A stretch of DNA of 64,000 bases. Origin: Escherichia phage ph0011. Where the stretch lies: the sequence record OP557969.1; one strand, written 5' to 3'. A program made the translations under genes and the position numbers. Under the pieces are notes generated by a model. It was not told where the DNA came from. It worked only from the letters and a program-made list of their open reading frames with translations, and did no database searches. Below, one piece after another: positions 28,799 through 45,407 of the stretch (positions are counted from its first letter, which is position 1; each line of letters starts with the position of its first letter).

Positions 28799-28921
28799 GA
28801 AAATCTCCTTGTCAAATTTTGTGCAGGAACATCCTGCTTAAAGTTATTTATCAAAAAATATCATCAGCATTTAAATTTACTGAAATAATTAATGAATTTC
28901 TATGATATTATTTATCAAAAT

Positions 28922-28949
28922 TGGGAAAGTGCTTAATGATGTGCTATAA
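28922..28949 (+). promoter_or_regulatory. Sigma70-type promoter: GGGAAA, 16-nt spacer, TGTGC-TATAAT (28944..28949), upstream of rnh
   Basis: Conserved promoter family member in a divergent intergenic region. Confidence 0.5.
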
Positions 28950-28959
28950 TTTTCAATGA

Positions 28960-35278
<6,319 letters not shown>

Positions 35279-35366
35279 GTAAACCGTCAAAGGAACAATG
35301 AAGTTTCTAAGACAATTGAAGCCAATTAACAAATAACAAAGAAACCCAAAATCAAGGAAGAAATAT

Positions 35367-36425
35367 ATGAAATCTCTAGCTGAAATTCGTGCACACCTAA
35401 AAGCAGAACAAGAAAAAGCAGAAGCACAAAAGAATGGTACATTCACTGGTGAGCGTAAAGCTGATTCGTTTCTAGCTTTCTGGAACGTACCTTACAATGA
35501 ACCACTAAATCTACGTTTTCTACCAGATGCTGATGAGTCCAACCCATTCTTCTGGCGTGAACGTGACATGATTAACCTAACATTCAATGGTGTAGTCGGT
35601 ATGCACACTGATAAAGTAACCGTACAAGTACCTTGTAATGAAATGTGGGTTCCTAAATCTTGTCCGGTACTGAAAGAAGTACGTCAATGGTTCCAAAGTG
35701 CGAATGAAACAGGGAATGAAGAACTAAAAGCAATGGCAGGTCGTTACTGGAAGAAAAAAACCTATCTAATGCAATGCTTTATTGCACCAGATAGTGTTGC
35801 AGTAAAAGACGACATTGCACCAGAAAATCCAATTCGCCGTATTCTAGCTAACAAAGATATCTTTGATAAAGTTAAATCTATCCTACTAAACCCAGGTATC
35901 AAAGAATCCCCAACTCACTACGTTCAAGGTCGTGATTTTGGTATTGTTAAAACTAAGAACGGTGGTGGATATAATAGCTACGACATGTCACAATTCTCCA
36001 TGTCAGAACGTCCACTAAACGAAGAAGAACTAGCAGCAATCGAAAAATATGGTCTATTCAATCTAAATGATTTTATGCCAAAACAACCAACTCCAGAAGA
36101 GTTGAAAGCAATCGAAGAAATGTTCGAAGCATCAGTAAATGGTGAAGCATATGATCCAGCACGTTGGGCATTTGCATATCGTCCAGCGGGTGTACCAAAG
36201 CCTAACACTGGAACTACCACTGTCACTGAATCAAAACCAACTCCTGCTCCAGTACAACAAGAGTCAACACCTGCACCAGTAGCACCTACTGCTCCAGTTA
36301 CACCAGCACCACAAGCTGCTCCTGTAACCCCAGTAGCTACACCAGCAGCATCTACGACTGAAGCACCAAAAGAACAACTATCTGCATCTGCACTAGTTGC
36401 TCGTTTGAAACAACAAGGTAAGTAA
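35367..36425 (+). CDS. 32: Single-stranded DNA-binding protein gp32
   Basis: N-terminal region with LRFLPDADE and Cys/His zinc-site residues resembles T4 gp32 as recalled from memory; Pro/Ala/Thr-rich C-terminal tail. Confidence 0.75.
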   Translation: MKSLAEIRAHLKAEQEKAEAQKNGTFTGERKADSFLAFWNVPYNEPLNLRFLPDADESNPFFWRERDMINLTFNGVVGMHTDKVTVQVPCNEMWVPKSCPVLKEVRQWFQSANETGNEELKAMAGRYWKKKTYLMQCFIAPDSVAVKDDIAPENPIRRILANKDIFDKVKSILLNPGIKESPTHYVQGRDFGIVKTKNGGGYNSYDMSQFSMSERPLNEEELAAIEKYGLFNLNDFMPKQPTPEELKAIEEMFEASVNGEAYDPARWAFAYRPAGVPKPNTGTTTVTESKPTPAPVQQESTPAPVAPTAPVTPAPQAAPVTPVATPAASTTEAPKEQLSASALVARLKQQGK

Positions 36426-36444
36426 TAGTTTTTTGAAAAGTTAA

Positions 36445-36474
36445 GGGGCAACGGAGTTTGCCCCGTTTTATTTC
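36445..36474 (+). terminator. Rho-independent terminator after gp32
   Basis: GGGGCAA-CGGAGT-TTGCCCC followed by a T-rich tract. Confidence 0.6.
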
Positions 36475-36495
36475 ATAAAATTCAAGGAGAGAATT

Positions 36496-37614
36496 ATGAA
36501 AATGACAAGTGGTTTTGCAAACATTCTTAAAAACAGTACTGGTAGTGTTAAAAAGAATACTGGTGTTAGTGTTGGATTTCATGATCCAGATACATGGGTT
36601 AGTACTGGTAACTATGCACTAAATTACCGTATTAGTGGTTATTTTGACCGTGGTATCCCACTGGGTAAAGTAACTATGTTTGCTGGTGAATCAGGTAGTG
36701 GTAAATCTTTTATTGTATCCGGTAACATCGCACGTGAAGCTCAACAACAAGGTATTTTTGTTGTAATGATTGACACAGAGAATGCTTTGGATTCAGATTG
36801 GCTACAAGCTCTTGGTGTTGACACTTCTGAAGAAAAACTTCTTAAAGTTAATATGGGTATGATTGGTGATGTAGCCAAATTCACTTATGAATTTATTGAA
36901 GGATATCGCAAAGAGTACGAAAATACACCTAAAGATGAACGCCAAAAAGTATTGTTCATTATCGATTCGATTGGTATGCTTAATACTGAAGTATCTAATG
37001 ATCAAATGAAAGCTGGTAATCTTAAAGGTGATATGGGTCATAAACCTAAGCAGCTAAAAGCATATATTACTAACTGTGTGAATTCTATTGGTTCACTAAA
37101 TATCGGAATGGTTTGTGTGAACCATTCGTATGAATCACAGGATATGTTTAATCCAGATCCTAAAGTGTCTGGTGGTAGTGGTTTGATTTATGCATCATCA
37201 ATGGTGATTGCAATGGGTAAACTAAAACTAAAAGAAGATGAGGATGGTAATAAAACATCCGATGTGAGTGGTATTCGCTCCAAATGTAAAGTTATGAAAA
37301 CTCGTTATAATAAACCATTCGAGGAAGTTGAGATTAAGATTCCTTGGGATAAAGGTATGGACCCACGTAGTGGTCTACTAGATATGTTTGAAAAATACGG
37401 TCTAATCACTAAATCAGGTAACCGTCTATTGTATGTTGATATTGTAACTGGCGAACAGATTCTAAAATATCGCAAAGAGTGGATGCGTAATGAAGATTCA
37501 TGTCTTGATTTGGTAATGCATCAATTTAAAAATCATCCTTTGATTGAAGAAGTTAAAGAAGAAGAAAAAGGTGATGAAACTTTTGGTACTGATGTTGATA
37601 TTAGTGAGGAATAA
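36496..37614 (+). CDS. uvsX: RecA-like recombinase UvsX
   Basis: Walker A GESGSGKS; C-terminal GMDPRSGLLDMFEKYGLITK matches T4 UvsX GIDPYSGLLDMALELGFVVK as recalled from memory. Confidence 0.8.
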   Translation: MKMTSGFANILKNSTGSVKKNTGVSVGFHDPDTWVSTGNYALNYRISGYFDRGIPLGKVTMFAGESGSGKSFIVSGNIAREAQQQGIFVVMIDTENALDSDWLQALGVDTSEEKLLKVNMGMIGDVAKFTYEFIEGYRKEYENTPKDERQKVLFIIDSIGMLNTEVSNDQMKAGNLKGDMGHKPKQLKAYITNCVNSIGSLNIGMVCVNHSYESQDMFNPDPKVSGGSGLIYASSMVIAMGKLKLKEDEDGNKTSDVSGIRSKCKVMKTRYNKPFEEVEIKIPWDKGMDPRSGLLDMFEKYGLITKSGNRLLYVDIVTGEQILKYRKEWMRNEDSCLDLVMHQFKNHPLIEEVKEEEKGDETFGTDVDISEE

Positions 37615-38075
37615 TGAAACCTTGGCATTGGATTATCAAAGATGATAAATCTAAAATTATTGAAATGATTGAGTTCTTTAACAAAGAAATTGAAGAGGCT
37701 CGTCGTGAAGTAAAGAAGATTGGCATCATTGAAAAAATTGCTCAAGAGATTCCTGGCTGGCATGAGACGCGTCTAAGCCAGCTTCAAGAACTTGAAGCAG
37801 TATTGGAAATGTTAGAAATTGAAATGCGTCAGATACAAGCCGAGAAGTTCAAATACTTTCTCGAAGGATACCGCCGTGCACTATCTTCATCTGACTGTAA
37901 AAAGTATGTTGAAGGTGATAAAGATGTTTGTGAGTTAGCAGAACTTATAAACGAGGTATCTTATATAAGAAATACATATTCCAGTATTGTTAAATCCTTA
38001 GAGATGAAAGCTTTTCAGTTAAACAATATTGTGAGACTACGTGCCGCTGGTATCGAGGATGCACGTTTAGAATAA
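37614..38075 (+). CDS. UvsY-like recombination mediator
   Basis: 153 aa; start overlaps the UvsX stop (TAATG); weak C-terminal similarity to T4 UvsY. Confidence 0.4.
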   Translation: MKPWHWIIKDDKSKIIEMIEFFNKEIEEARREVKKIGIIEKIAQEIPGWHETRLSQLQELEAVLEMLEIEMRQIQAEKFKYFLEGYRRALSSSDCKKYVEGDKDVCELAELINEVSYIRNTYSSIVKSLEMKAFQLNNIVRLRAAGIEDARLE

Positions 38076-38083
38076 TTATCATT

Positions 38084-38108
38084 AAGGACGCATATCGCGT
38101 CCTTTTTC
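38084..38108 (+). terminator. Rho-independent terminator
   Basis: GGACGC-ATATC-GCGTCC followed by TTTTT. Confidence 0.6.
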
Positions 38109-38125
38109 TATGTGAGATTAAAAAA

Positions 38126-38944
38126 ATGACAAAATTAAATGAATTCTTATCAAATATAGCAGTTCTTGATACTGAAACCACTGGCGTTGAAAGTGATGAT
38201 GATATTATTGAATTTAGTATCTCATATCCATATACTTCACATGAAAACATTGATACTATTGATAACTATACATTGCGATATAAACCACTGAAAGATATTC
38301 CACCAGAAGCATCGGCTGTTCACTTTATCAGTACTGAGGATGTAGCTAATTGTGTTGGGTATAAAGATGATTTAGATAACATAGATGCACTTATGGGATG
38401 CCGTAAGTATTTTGTTGGTCATAATGTACAATTTGACCGTAGAATGATGGTAGATAATGAATATAAATATCGTAACTCAGTTTCACAGTACTTACTCGAT
38501 GAAGATAAATGGATTTGTACTCTTCGTTTGGCTAAGAAAATGTTTGCAGAAGATACCGAATATAAAAACTTAACTCTAAGTTATTTGTGGTATAAGTTTG
38601 GATGCCATCGAGATGTTCACAGACCTATTAATGCTCACGCGGCAAAAGATGATGTATTCATGTGTTATCAGGTTCTAATCAAATTGGTTGAAATTGCCAT
38701 CGAACGTGGTCATATTGATTCCAATGGGGATATTGGTGAACAAATAGTAGCTTTTTGTAACACCCCAATGCGTTATCAATTCATGCCATTTGGTAAACAT
38801 AAAGGTGAGCCAATGAATACAGTACCATTGAATTACATTGAATGGATGATCACTAATAGTGACATTTTAGATGCAAGTAACCCTAACTGTGATAAAGATT
38901 TAGTATATACATTTGAGTACGAATATAATACTCGAACTAATTAA
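38126..38944 (+). CDS. DnaQ-like DEDDh 3'-5' exonuclease (DexA-like)
   Basis: Exo motifs LDTETTG, VGHNVQFD and H-x4-D (AHAAKDD). Confidence 0.6.
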   Translation: MTKLNEFLSNIAVLDTETTGVESDDDIIEFSISYPYTSHENIDTIDNYTLRYKPLKDIPPEASAVHFISTEDVANCVGYKDDLDNIDALMGCRKYFVGHNVQFDRRMMVDNEYKYRNSVSQYLLDEDKWICTLRLAKKMFAEDTEYKNLTLSYLWYKFGCHRDVHRPINAHAAKDDVFMCYQVLIKLVEIAIERGHIDSNGDIGEQIVAFCNTPMRYQFMPFGKHKGEPMNTVPLNYIEWMITNSDILDASNPNCDKDLVYTFEYEYNTRTN

Positions 38945-38959
38945 CAAAGGTAATCATGG

Positions 38960-41539
38960 ATGAAAATTTGTAAGTTAACTTTATTGGATGAGGTGAATTG
39001 TAAATTTGAGGGACTAGATCCCTCAATTCGACAAAAGATGATTCGTGCAACTGAATATGTGCTACCATATGCAAAGTTTACACCAGCAGGTCGTATTGGG
39101 CGTTGGGATGGTAAAGTACAATTCATGAACTTAGGTGGAAGCACATACTTTCATATGCTTGATAAACTTTTACCTATTCTTGACGAAGCTAATATTGATA
39201 TTGAATTAGAAGATCATAGACTAAATTACGGTTTCGAATTTGAACCAATTGATGAAAATATTTTTAGCGATGTTGTTTTTGGTCCTGGACACCACATGGA
39301 AGGTAAAAGTATTATCCTACGTGAACATCAGGTAAATGCAGTAAATTCGTGTTTAGCTAACCCACATGGGTTGGTTCTGGCAGCAACTGGTGCAGGAAAA
39401 GCCCAGCCACTTGATGAACCAGTTCTTACCATTAATGGATGGAAACGAATGGGTGACATAAAAGTTGGCGATATAGTAAAATGTCCTGATGGAACAAATG
39501 CTCCCGTCCTTGGTGTATATCCACAGGGAATTAAACCAACAGTACGAATGACATTCTCGGATGGACGAAGTGTCGAATGTTGTGATGAACATTTATGGAA
39601 TATATATAGTATTGCTGGTGAAAAAAACCCTGAAAAACGATGGAGAAACCTTTCTGTTAAAGAAATCATTGAATTACAAAATAAACAAAAACGTCCAGTA
39701 TATATTAAAACAATCACTGGTGATATTTTTGAAGAAAAAGAATTACCAATACATCCATATATTTTAGGTGTATTACTCGGTGATGGATGTTTAAGAAATG
39801 GTAATATAATGTTATCAAGTTCAGATGAATTTGTTATTGATAAGGTATCTTCATTATTACCTGATGGTTATATTATCAAGAAAAAACAATCATCAAAATA
39901 TGATTATAGTATTGTCATGGATGATACAAAAAAGAAAGAATATTTATGTAAAAATAATAAAGAAAGATATAACGAACTTAGGGTTATTTTGGAAGAACTT
40001 GGAATTTATAATAAGTATTCATATGAAAAGTTTATCCCTGAAATTTACAAAATGTCATCAATTGAACAACGTCTGCAACTCATTCAAGGATTAATTGACA
40101 CGGATGGTTATGTTGATAAAAGATTAAAAAACGGAAAGTCCCGAAATGTGGTGGAATTTTGTAGTACATCAGAAAAATTGGTTGATGATTTGAAAGATAT
40201 AATGAATAGTTTAGGTGGTTACGGTATTAAAAAATCTAAACAAACTTATTATACCTATGCAGGGGTAAAACAAAAAGGTCGCCCAAGTTTTAAAATGAGA
40301 ATTGATTATAATAATCTTAATGCCTTGGCTAGTTTACCTCGCAAAAAAGACTTTTTATATTCAGAAAGAAATCGTGTTGAAAATAAACTAAAAATTGAAA
40401 AAATTGAATATATTGAAGATAAAGAATGTCAATGTATCTATATTGATCATCCAGAACATCTATATATTACCAGAGATTATATCGTAACACACAATACAAT
40501 TATTTGTGCTGCTTTGGCGAAATCGGTACAAAAATATGGACGTTCTGTTATCATTGTCCCCAGCACTGACCTAGTACAACAAACATATGATGATTACATT
40601 ATGTGTGGATTAGATGCTGGTATGTTCTATGGTGCACAGAAAGATTTTGGTCATCAACATACTATTACTACTTGGCAATCATTTAACTCTCTATGGAAGA
40701 AAACCAAAAAAGGTGAAATTGAATTAACAGAACAAGACGTAAATGATTTTATTGATGGGGTAGTTTGTGTTATAGTTGATGAGTGTCAAGGTGCTGGTGG
40801 TGATGCATTAGTTCAAGTACTATCTAAAGTTATGAACAACGTACCATTGCGTTGGGGTCTTACTGGTACAATTCCGAAAGATCCGGTTGTTGCAGCGAAA
40901 ATCAAATGTAATGTTGGTGATGTTATATATAAAATCACTGCAAAGGAATTACAAGATAAAAAGATACTAAGTACATGTAATGTGAATTGCATTAAACTAA
41001 AAAGTAGTATGAAGTTTGCATCATATGCTGAAGAGTTGAAATACTTAGTAACTGACAGAGATAGAATGGCATATGTAGCGTCATTGATATCTGCGTTATC
41101 TGAATCAGGAAACACTTTAGTTTTAGTAGATAGACTTGAAGCAGGTGAGTTGCTATGTGAATTTTTAGGCATTCCCAAATCAGAATTCGTTCGTGGAGAA
41201 ACTAAAAAGAAAGATCGAGAATCATCTTATGGTGAAATTCGTTGGGCTGATAATAAAATACTTATTGCGACATACGGCGTTGCCAGTACTGGTATCAGTA
41301 TTTCAAGGCTATACAATGTAGTATTGATTGAACCTGGAAAAAGTTTCGTAAGAACTATACAATCAATCGGACGTGGATTACGCCGTGCTGAAGACAAAGA
41401 CCATGTTGAAATATATGACATTAGTGGTTCTAATAAGTATAGTGCAAAGCATTTACGTGAGCGTCTCGCTTACTATAAGGAAGCACAATATCCTCATACA
41501 GTAATAGACGTTAAAGATTGGGAAAACACAGCGGGATAA
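38960..41539 (+). CDS. uvsW: UvsW helicase containing an intein
   Basis: Exteins resemble T4 UvsW as recalled from memory (RIGRWDGKV; LAATGAGK | TIICAALAKS...IIVPSTDL; ATYGVASTGISI); 859 aa including a 365-aa insertion. Confidence 0.8.
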   Translation: MKICKLTLLDEVNCKFEGLDPSIRQKMIRATEYVLPYAKFTPAGRIGRWDGKVQFMNLGGSTYFHMLDKLLPILDEANIDIELEDHRLNYGFEFEPIDENIFSDVVFGPGHHMEGKSIILREHQVNAVNSCLANPHGLVLAATGAGKAQPLDEPVLTINGWKRMGDIKVGDIVKCPDGTNAPVLGVYPQGIKPTVRMTFSDGRSVECCDEHLWNIYSIAGEKNPEKRWRNLSVKEIIELQNKQKRPVYIKTITGDIFEEKELPIHPYILGVLLGDGCLRNGNIMLSSSDEFVIDKVSSLLPDGYIIKKKQSSKYDYSIVMDDTKKKEYLCKNNKERYNELRVILEELGIYNKYSYEKFIPEIYKMSSIEQRLQLIQGLIDTDGYVDKRLKNGKSRNVVEFCSTSEKLVDDLKDIMNSLGGYGIKKSKQTYYTYAGVKQKGRPSFKMRIDYNNLNALASLPRKKDFLYSERNRVENKLKIEKIEYIEDKECQCIYIDHPEHLYITRDYIVTHNTIICAALAKSVQKYGRSVIIVPSTDLVQQTYDDYIMCGLDAGMFYGAQKDFGHQHTITTWQSFNSLWKKTKKGEIELTEQDVNDFIDGVVCVIVDECQGAGGDALVQVLSKVMNNVPLRWGLTGTIPKDPVVAAKIKCNVGDVIYKITAKELQDKKILSTCNVNCIKLKSSMKFASYAEELKYLVTDRDRMAYVASLISALSESGNTLVLVDRLEAGELLCEFLGIPKSEFVRGETKKKDRESSYGEIRWADNKILIATYGVASTGISISRLYNVVLIEPGKSFVRTIQSIGRGLRRAEDKDHVEIYDISGSNKYSAKHLRERLAYYKEAQYPHTVIDVKDWENTAG
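39401..40495 (+). mobile_element. Intein (365 aa) with LAGLIDADG homing-endonuclease domain in the UvsW Walker A
   Basis: Begins AQPLDEPVLT directly after GAGK and ends YIVTHN before Thr+1; LAGLIDADG motifs ILGVLLGDG and LIQGLIDTDGY; homologous to the terminase intein. Confidence 0.75.
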
Positions 41540-41567
41540 TCCCGCTGTTTATGATATAATATGACAT

Positions 41568-42020
41568 ATGACAACAACAAGGATGTATAATAAAATGGAA
41601 TTAAGATCTAGTATTGCTTTTATCTGTGACCAAGAAACGTTAGATGTTATTGATGTATTGTTGAATGATGATGGTATCATGGATGATATGGTGTCTTCTC
41701 TTGACTATATCCCTGAACTAGAAACTGATGATACTAATGTATGGAGGTGTAACATTGATAGTGATTCTTGGATTAATATCTATGAATTGCAATCACGAAT
41801 TGATTCTAAAGTCGAATCATTAAAATATGATATAATCTATGCCAGTACTGACACGAAAACTTTCATCGATGTTGTAAGTCTAAGTGGTAATTTTGATTCA
41901 TATCTGGATACTGATGTTGATAAAATTCAAGAGATGTGTGAAACTTATGGACTTGAATTTTATGGACAAGAAGAACTGGATGATGAAGATTATTATGATG
42001 ATGAAGATTCGCAGTATTAA
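41568..42020 (+). CDS. Acidic hypothetical protein (150 aa)
   Basis: ORF in track; strongly acidic C-terminal tail (EELDDEDYYDDEDSQY). Confidence 0.35.
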   Translation: MTTTRMYNKMELRSSIAFICDQETLDVIDVLLNDDGIMDDMVSSLDYIPELETDDTNVWRCNIDSDSWINIYELQSRIDSKVESLKYDIIYASTDTKTFIDVVSLSGNFDSYLDTDVDKIQEMCETYGLEFYGQEELDDEDYYDDEDSQY

Positions 42021-42029
42021 GGAGATAAC

Positions 42030-42527
42030 ATGAACGTACTAACACCCGAAAATGTTTCGTTTGATATGGATTTAGTGACAGAACATATCCCCGAAGAAAT
42101 GTATTGTGTTTTGGACCTAAGTCCCAATGGTGAATCTGATTTTTATTTTAGACATATTTTAAACACGGTGTCATTTAATAGTATCAGTGCTGACCTCCAG
42201 ATTGGTGAAAAAGTTATTCAAGTCCCGTTAGGTTGGCAAATTATGTTAGGTGATGAAGATACTGGTATGGTTGAGATGTGTACAATTGAAAACATTCTTA
42301 ACATGAAAGAACCAAAAGCTTTTGTTTACAATCCTATCCGTTCAATGTATCCTAAGTTTGAACCAGTAAAAGTTCTACGTGTATTTGCATTAACTACAAA
42401 GTGGCAAATTCCAATGTTACCTAAGAAGAATTTATTATGTGTACCATTGAATGGTGGTGAAAATCCACCATGTGTGTACTTTGCTGATGAAAATGAAAAA
42501 ATTCAAGATTTATATCTAGGAGTATAA
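42030..42527 (+). CDS. Hypothetical protein
   Basis: ORF in track. Confidence 0.3.
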   Translation: MNVLTPENVSFDMDLVTEHIPEEMYCVLDLSPNGESDFYFRHILNTVSFNSISADLQIGEKVIQVPLGWQIMLGDEDTGMVEMCTIENILNMKEPKAFVYNPIRSMYPKFEPVKVLRVFALTTKWQIPMLPKKNLLCVPLNGGENPPCVYFADENEKIQDLYLGV

Positions 42528-42531
42528 AATA

Positions 42532-43377
42532 GTGTTTGATTTCAGTGATATTAAAAATAAGTCAGTCGATGATGATAATAAACCAACCCAGCATTCTTTT
42601 TCTATTGCTGAATTTCTAAAACACATTGACCGTGCAGATTATAAGTTCTATAATGAACTGACGGAAAAAGAACAAAAAGAGTTTACGCCATATACTGTAT
42701 TACGTTGGGTAAGCTCTTTGGATGATTCACTACAAGTCACATATCCCAGTAGTAAAGTTGAAAGTGTATTTGGTAAATGGAAAGCTGGTGGTAAAGAAGC
42801 ACTAACTGAACTAGTAACTGAATTAAAGGCTTCTGGGACTAAGGTTTCATCAGTGACGAAGTACTGTCATGGTGATTATGATTGGCGTATTAAATTTGCA
42901 GTCCAATCAAAAGATGATGCACATAAATTAATATCATCAATGATGGAATTTGGTGTCTCTGGTTCTGAAATTATTTCATTAGTAGATACTGAAGTAGTGA
43001 AATACCAACTTATTATGCTAAATGATATGGTTAATGATGGTTTCTGGGATATGAAAGAACATCCAGAATTAGTATATCAGCTTATGTGTTCTGTACATGA
43101 TATGATTGGTGCACAAGAAATGCCACGTAATTGGTTGAATTTTTCTAAAAATTTCAAAAAGGCAAATAATGAATTATTTGATTTGATTAAAAATTCACAG
43201 CCTGATACTATCGCTACTCAAATGAATGAAGATGAGTACAAGATTGTTTTATTACAGTATGATAAAAAAACATTTGAAACATTTCTTGACAATAATGGTT
43301 TTCAAGATAATGAAAAGAAATCTATGATGAAATTATTTAAAGAAGAATGTAAAAAATATGGCAAAGAAATCAAATAA
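42532..43377 (+). CDS. Hypothetical protein (281 aa)
   Basis: ORF in track with GTG start. Confidence 0.3.
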   Translation: MFDFSDIKNKSVDDDNKPTQHSFSIAEFLKHIDRADYKFYNELTEKEQKEFTPYTVLRWVSSLDDSLQVTYPSSKVESVFGKWKAGGKEALTELVTELKASGTKVSSVTKYCHGDYDWRIKFAVQSKDDAHKLISSMMEFGVSGSEIISLVDTEVVKYQLIMLNDMVNDGFWDMKEHPELVYQLMCSVHDMIGAQEMPRNWLNFSKNFKKANNELFDLIKNSQPDTIATQMNEDEYKIVLLQYDKKTFETFLDNNGFQDNEKKSMMKLFKEECKKYGKEIK

Positions 43378-44068
43378 ACAAGTATATACGTGTAAATTTT
43401 GTGATCGTGAATTTAAGCGAGAAGAAACAGTACAGACACATAAATGCATAAAACGTGACAGATACGAAAATAGACAAAGCCGCCAGATGATGGAGGCGTT
43501 TCGTATCTATATGCAATTTATGGAATTGAACAAATTTACATTTAAAAAAGGCGTAGAGCCTTTTATTGCTTTTATAAAGTCAAAGTACTTTAACGATTTT
43601 TATAGTTTTGCTGAATACTATTTGAATAATAGAGATATTATTAATGTTGACGAGTTTGTAAAGTACTTAATTATTAATAACAGACCAATTACAGAATGGA
43701 GTACTTACAAAGCAAAAGATGAATGGATATTAAAAACGATTCGTTCTGAGCATCCAAAAGAAGCGATTGCAAGAAGTGTGATATCGTTGGTTGAATGGGC
43801 TGAAAAATTGAATGTACAATGGAATACTTTCTTTGAAAATGTGAGTTCTGCCCGTGCAATTGCATGGATTGAGAGTGGGAAAATATCACCATGGATCATT
43901 TGGTTATCTCCAAAACAAAGTACTAATACATTTTTTAAAAAGCTATCAAACTCAGAAATTGAATACATACTTAAATACATTGATCCAAGTTATTTTGAAA
44001 TTAAAACGATCAAATATAAAACGGATTGCGATGAAATTAAGAGTATGCTACGTGAGGCAGGATTATGA
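43358..44068 (+). CDS. Hypothetical protein with N-terminal C2H2-like zinc finger
   Basis: CKFCDREFKREETVQTHKC. Confidence 0.3.
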   Translation: MAKKSNKQVYTCKFCDREFKREETVQTHKCIKRDRYENRQSRQMMEAFRIYMQFMELNKFTFKKGVEPFIAFIKSKYFNDFYSFAEYYLNNRDIINVDEFVKYLIINNRPITEWSTYKAKDEWILKTIRSEHPKEAIARSVISLVEWAEKLNVQWNTFFENVSSARAIAWIESGKISPWIIWLSPKQSTNTFFKKLSNSEIEYILKYIDPSYFEIKTIKYKTDCDEIKSMLREAGL

Positions 44069-44394
44069 ATGGAAAAAGTATATATAATAAAATACCAGAA
44101 GGGTATGTACCTGTACCAAAAGAACAAAAAACAAAACAAATATCTCTTCTTAGACAAGGATCTATTACTGAAATAACTTTGGATGGTAAAACATTTCAAG
44201 TTCATGATCCCGCTCGTGTTGAAAAAATAATTTCTTTAGTAGAACGACATGAAGAACGTTTTTTTAGTTTAAGTCAGGAGTTAGCAAAGACGAAACAAAA
44301 TTATAAAATATTAGAGAATCAAATAACCACCTTGACTAATACCGTTAAACAGTTACAGGAGCAAGTAAAAAATGCAGGATTCGACAGATTCTAA
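44065..44394 (+). CDS. Hypothetical protein
   Basis: ORF in track overlapping the upstream stop. Confidence 0.3.
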   Translation: MNGKSIYNKIPEGYVPVPKEQKTKQISLLRQGSITEITLDGKTFQVHDPARVEKIISLVERHEERFFSLSQELAKTKQNYKILENQITTLTNTVKQLQEQVKNAGFDRF

Positions 44395-45010
44395 ACATTA
44401 CAGAAAAGCCAGAACTGATATTGATATTGACTTCAAGGATAGTAAAAGCGTCATCGCTAAACTTCCATGCGTGCGAAGTACTGAGAAAATTACTGAGGAT
44501 GGTTTAATCCCACACAATAGTGGTGTTCATTTTGATAATATACCAATTGACCCAATCACTGGATTGGCGAGTATACAATATAAAGAAGCTGAAAGGTTAG
44601 GGTATCAAAAAGTTGATATTCTTTCACAGTCAGCTTACATGTATGTTCGCGATAGAGAGCATTTAAAAGAACTAATGAATCAGGAACCGAATTGGGATCT
44701 TTTACTAGAACCCGAAATTGTAGAGCATCTTTCGCAAATTAAAAAACACGTAACTTTATTAAATGTATGGAAGCCTAAATCAATTGACGAACTTGCAATG
44801 TTTATTGCTATGATTCGACCAGGAAAAAGGCAGTGCCAAAGTATGAACACATGGGACGAAGTAAAAGCCACCATATGGGATTATAGTACTATTGGCACTG
44901 ACCAATCAGGAAATAAATTGCGATATTTCAAAAAGCCACATGCTTATGCATATAGCTTAATGATTGTAGTCCAACTAAATGCTTTAGTTGAACACCTTAC
45001 TTCTTCTTAA
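44372..45010 (+). CDS. Hypothetical protein
   Basis: ORF in track. Confidence 0.3.
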   Translation: MQDSTDSKHYRKARTDIDIDFKDSKSVIAKLPCVRSTEKITEDGLIPHNSGVHFDNIPIDPITGLASIQYKEAERLGYQKVDILSQSAYMYVRDREHLKELMNQEPNWDLLLEPEIVEHLSQIKKHVTLLNVWKPKSIDELAMFIAMIRPGKRQCQSMNTWDEVKATIWDYSTIGTDQSGNKLRYFKKPHAYAYSLMIVVQLNALVEHLTSS

Positions 45011-45350
45011 GTGCCACATTACGACGCTTGATGCGTTTCTGTGGTAAATTGCTTAAAGAAACTTCTGGACCACATACGAAATTCACCGATGGTGTATCAA
45101 ATCTATGTGTATACGGTTCAAATTTCTCCATCTCTTCTTGAAAGAATAGACACACTGGAATGGTTCTATTGCTTTGCCACCACCAATCGTGTGCTATACC
45201 TAACAATTCGTCTTGCATTGACTCATTCATGTCATCGAAACAGTACATAGTAGTATACTGTTTACTTTTGATTTTGATGATACCAATGAACGTTTTACCA
45301 TCATACTGGATTACAGTAATAAATGGTGGAATAGTGTTATATTGATTCAT
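44997..45350 (-). CDS. Hypothetical protein on the opposite strand
   Basis: Only minus-strand ORF in this block; Trp-rich segment HDWWWQ. Confidence 0.3.
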   Translation of the reverse strand: MNQYNTIPPFITVIQYDGKTFIGIIKIKSKQYTTMYCFDDMNESMQDELLGIAHDWWWQSNRTIPVCLFFQEEMEKFEPYTHRFDTPSVNFVCGPEVSLSNLPQKRIKRRNVALKKK

Positions 45351-45407
45351 ATTAGTTCCATAAATATTAGTATAAATTTATACCTATTATTTATGGAAGG
45401 AAAAACT

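Noticed and set aside
35978-36451. 157-aa minus-strand ORF antisense to the gp32 3' end
   Set aside because: Antisense to a confidently identified gene in the repetitive Pro/Ala/Thr-coding region; no start context; a shadow ORF.
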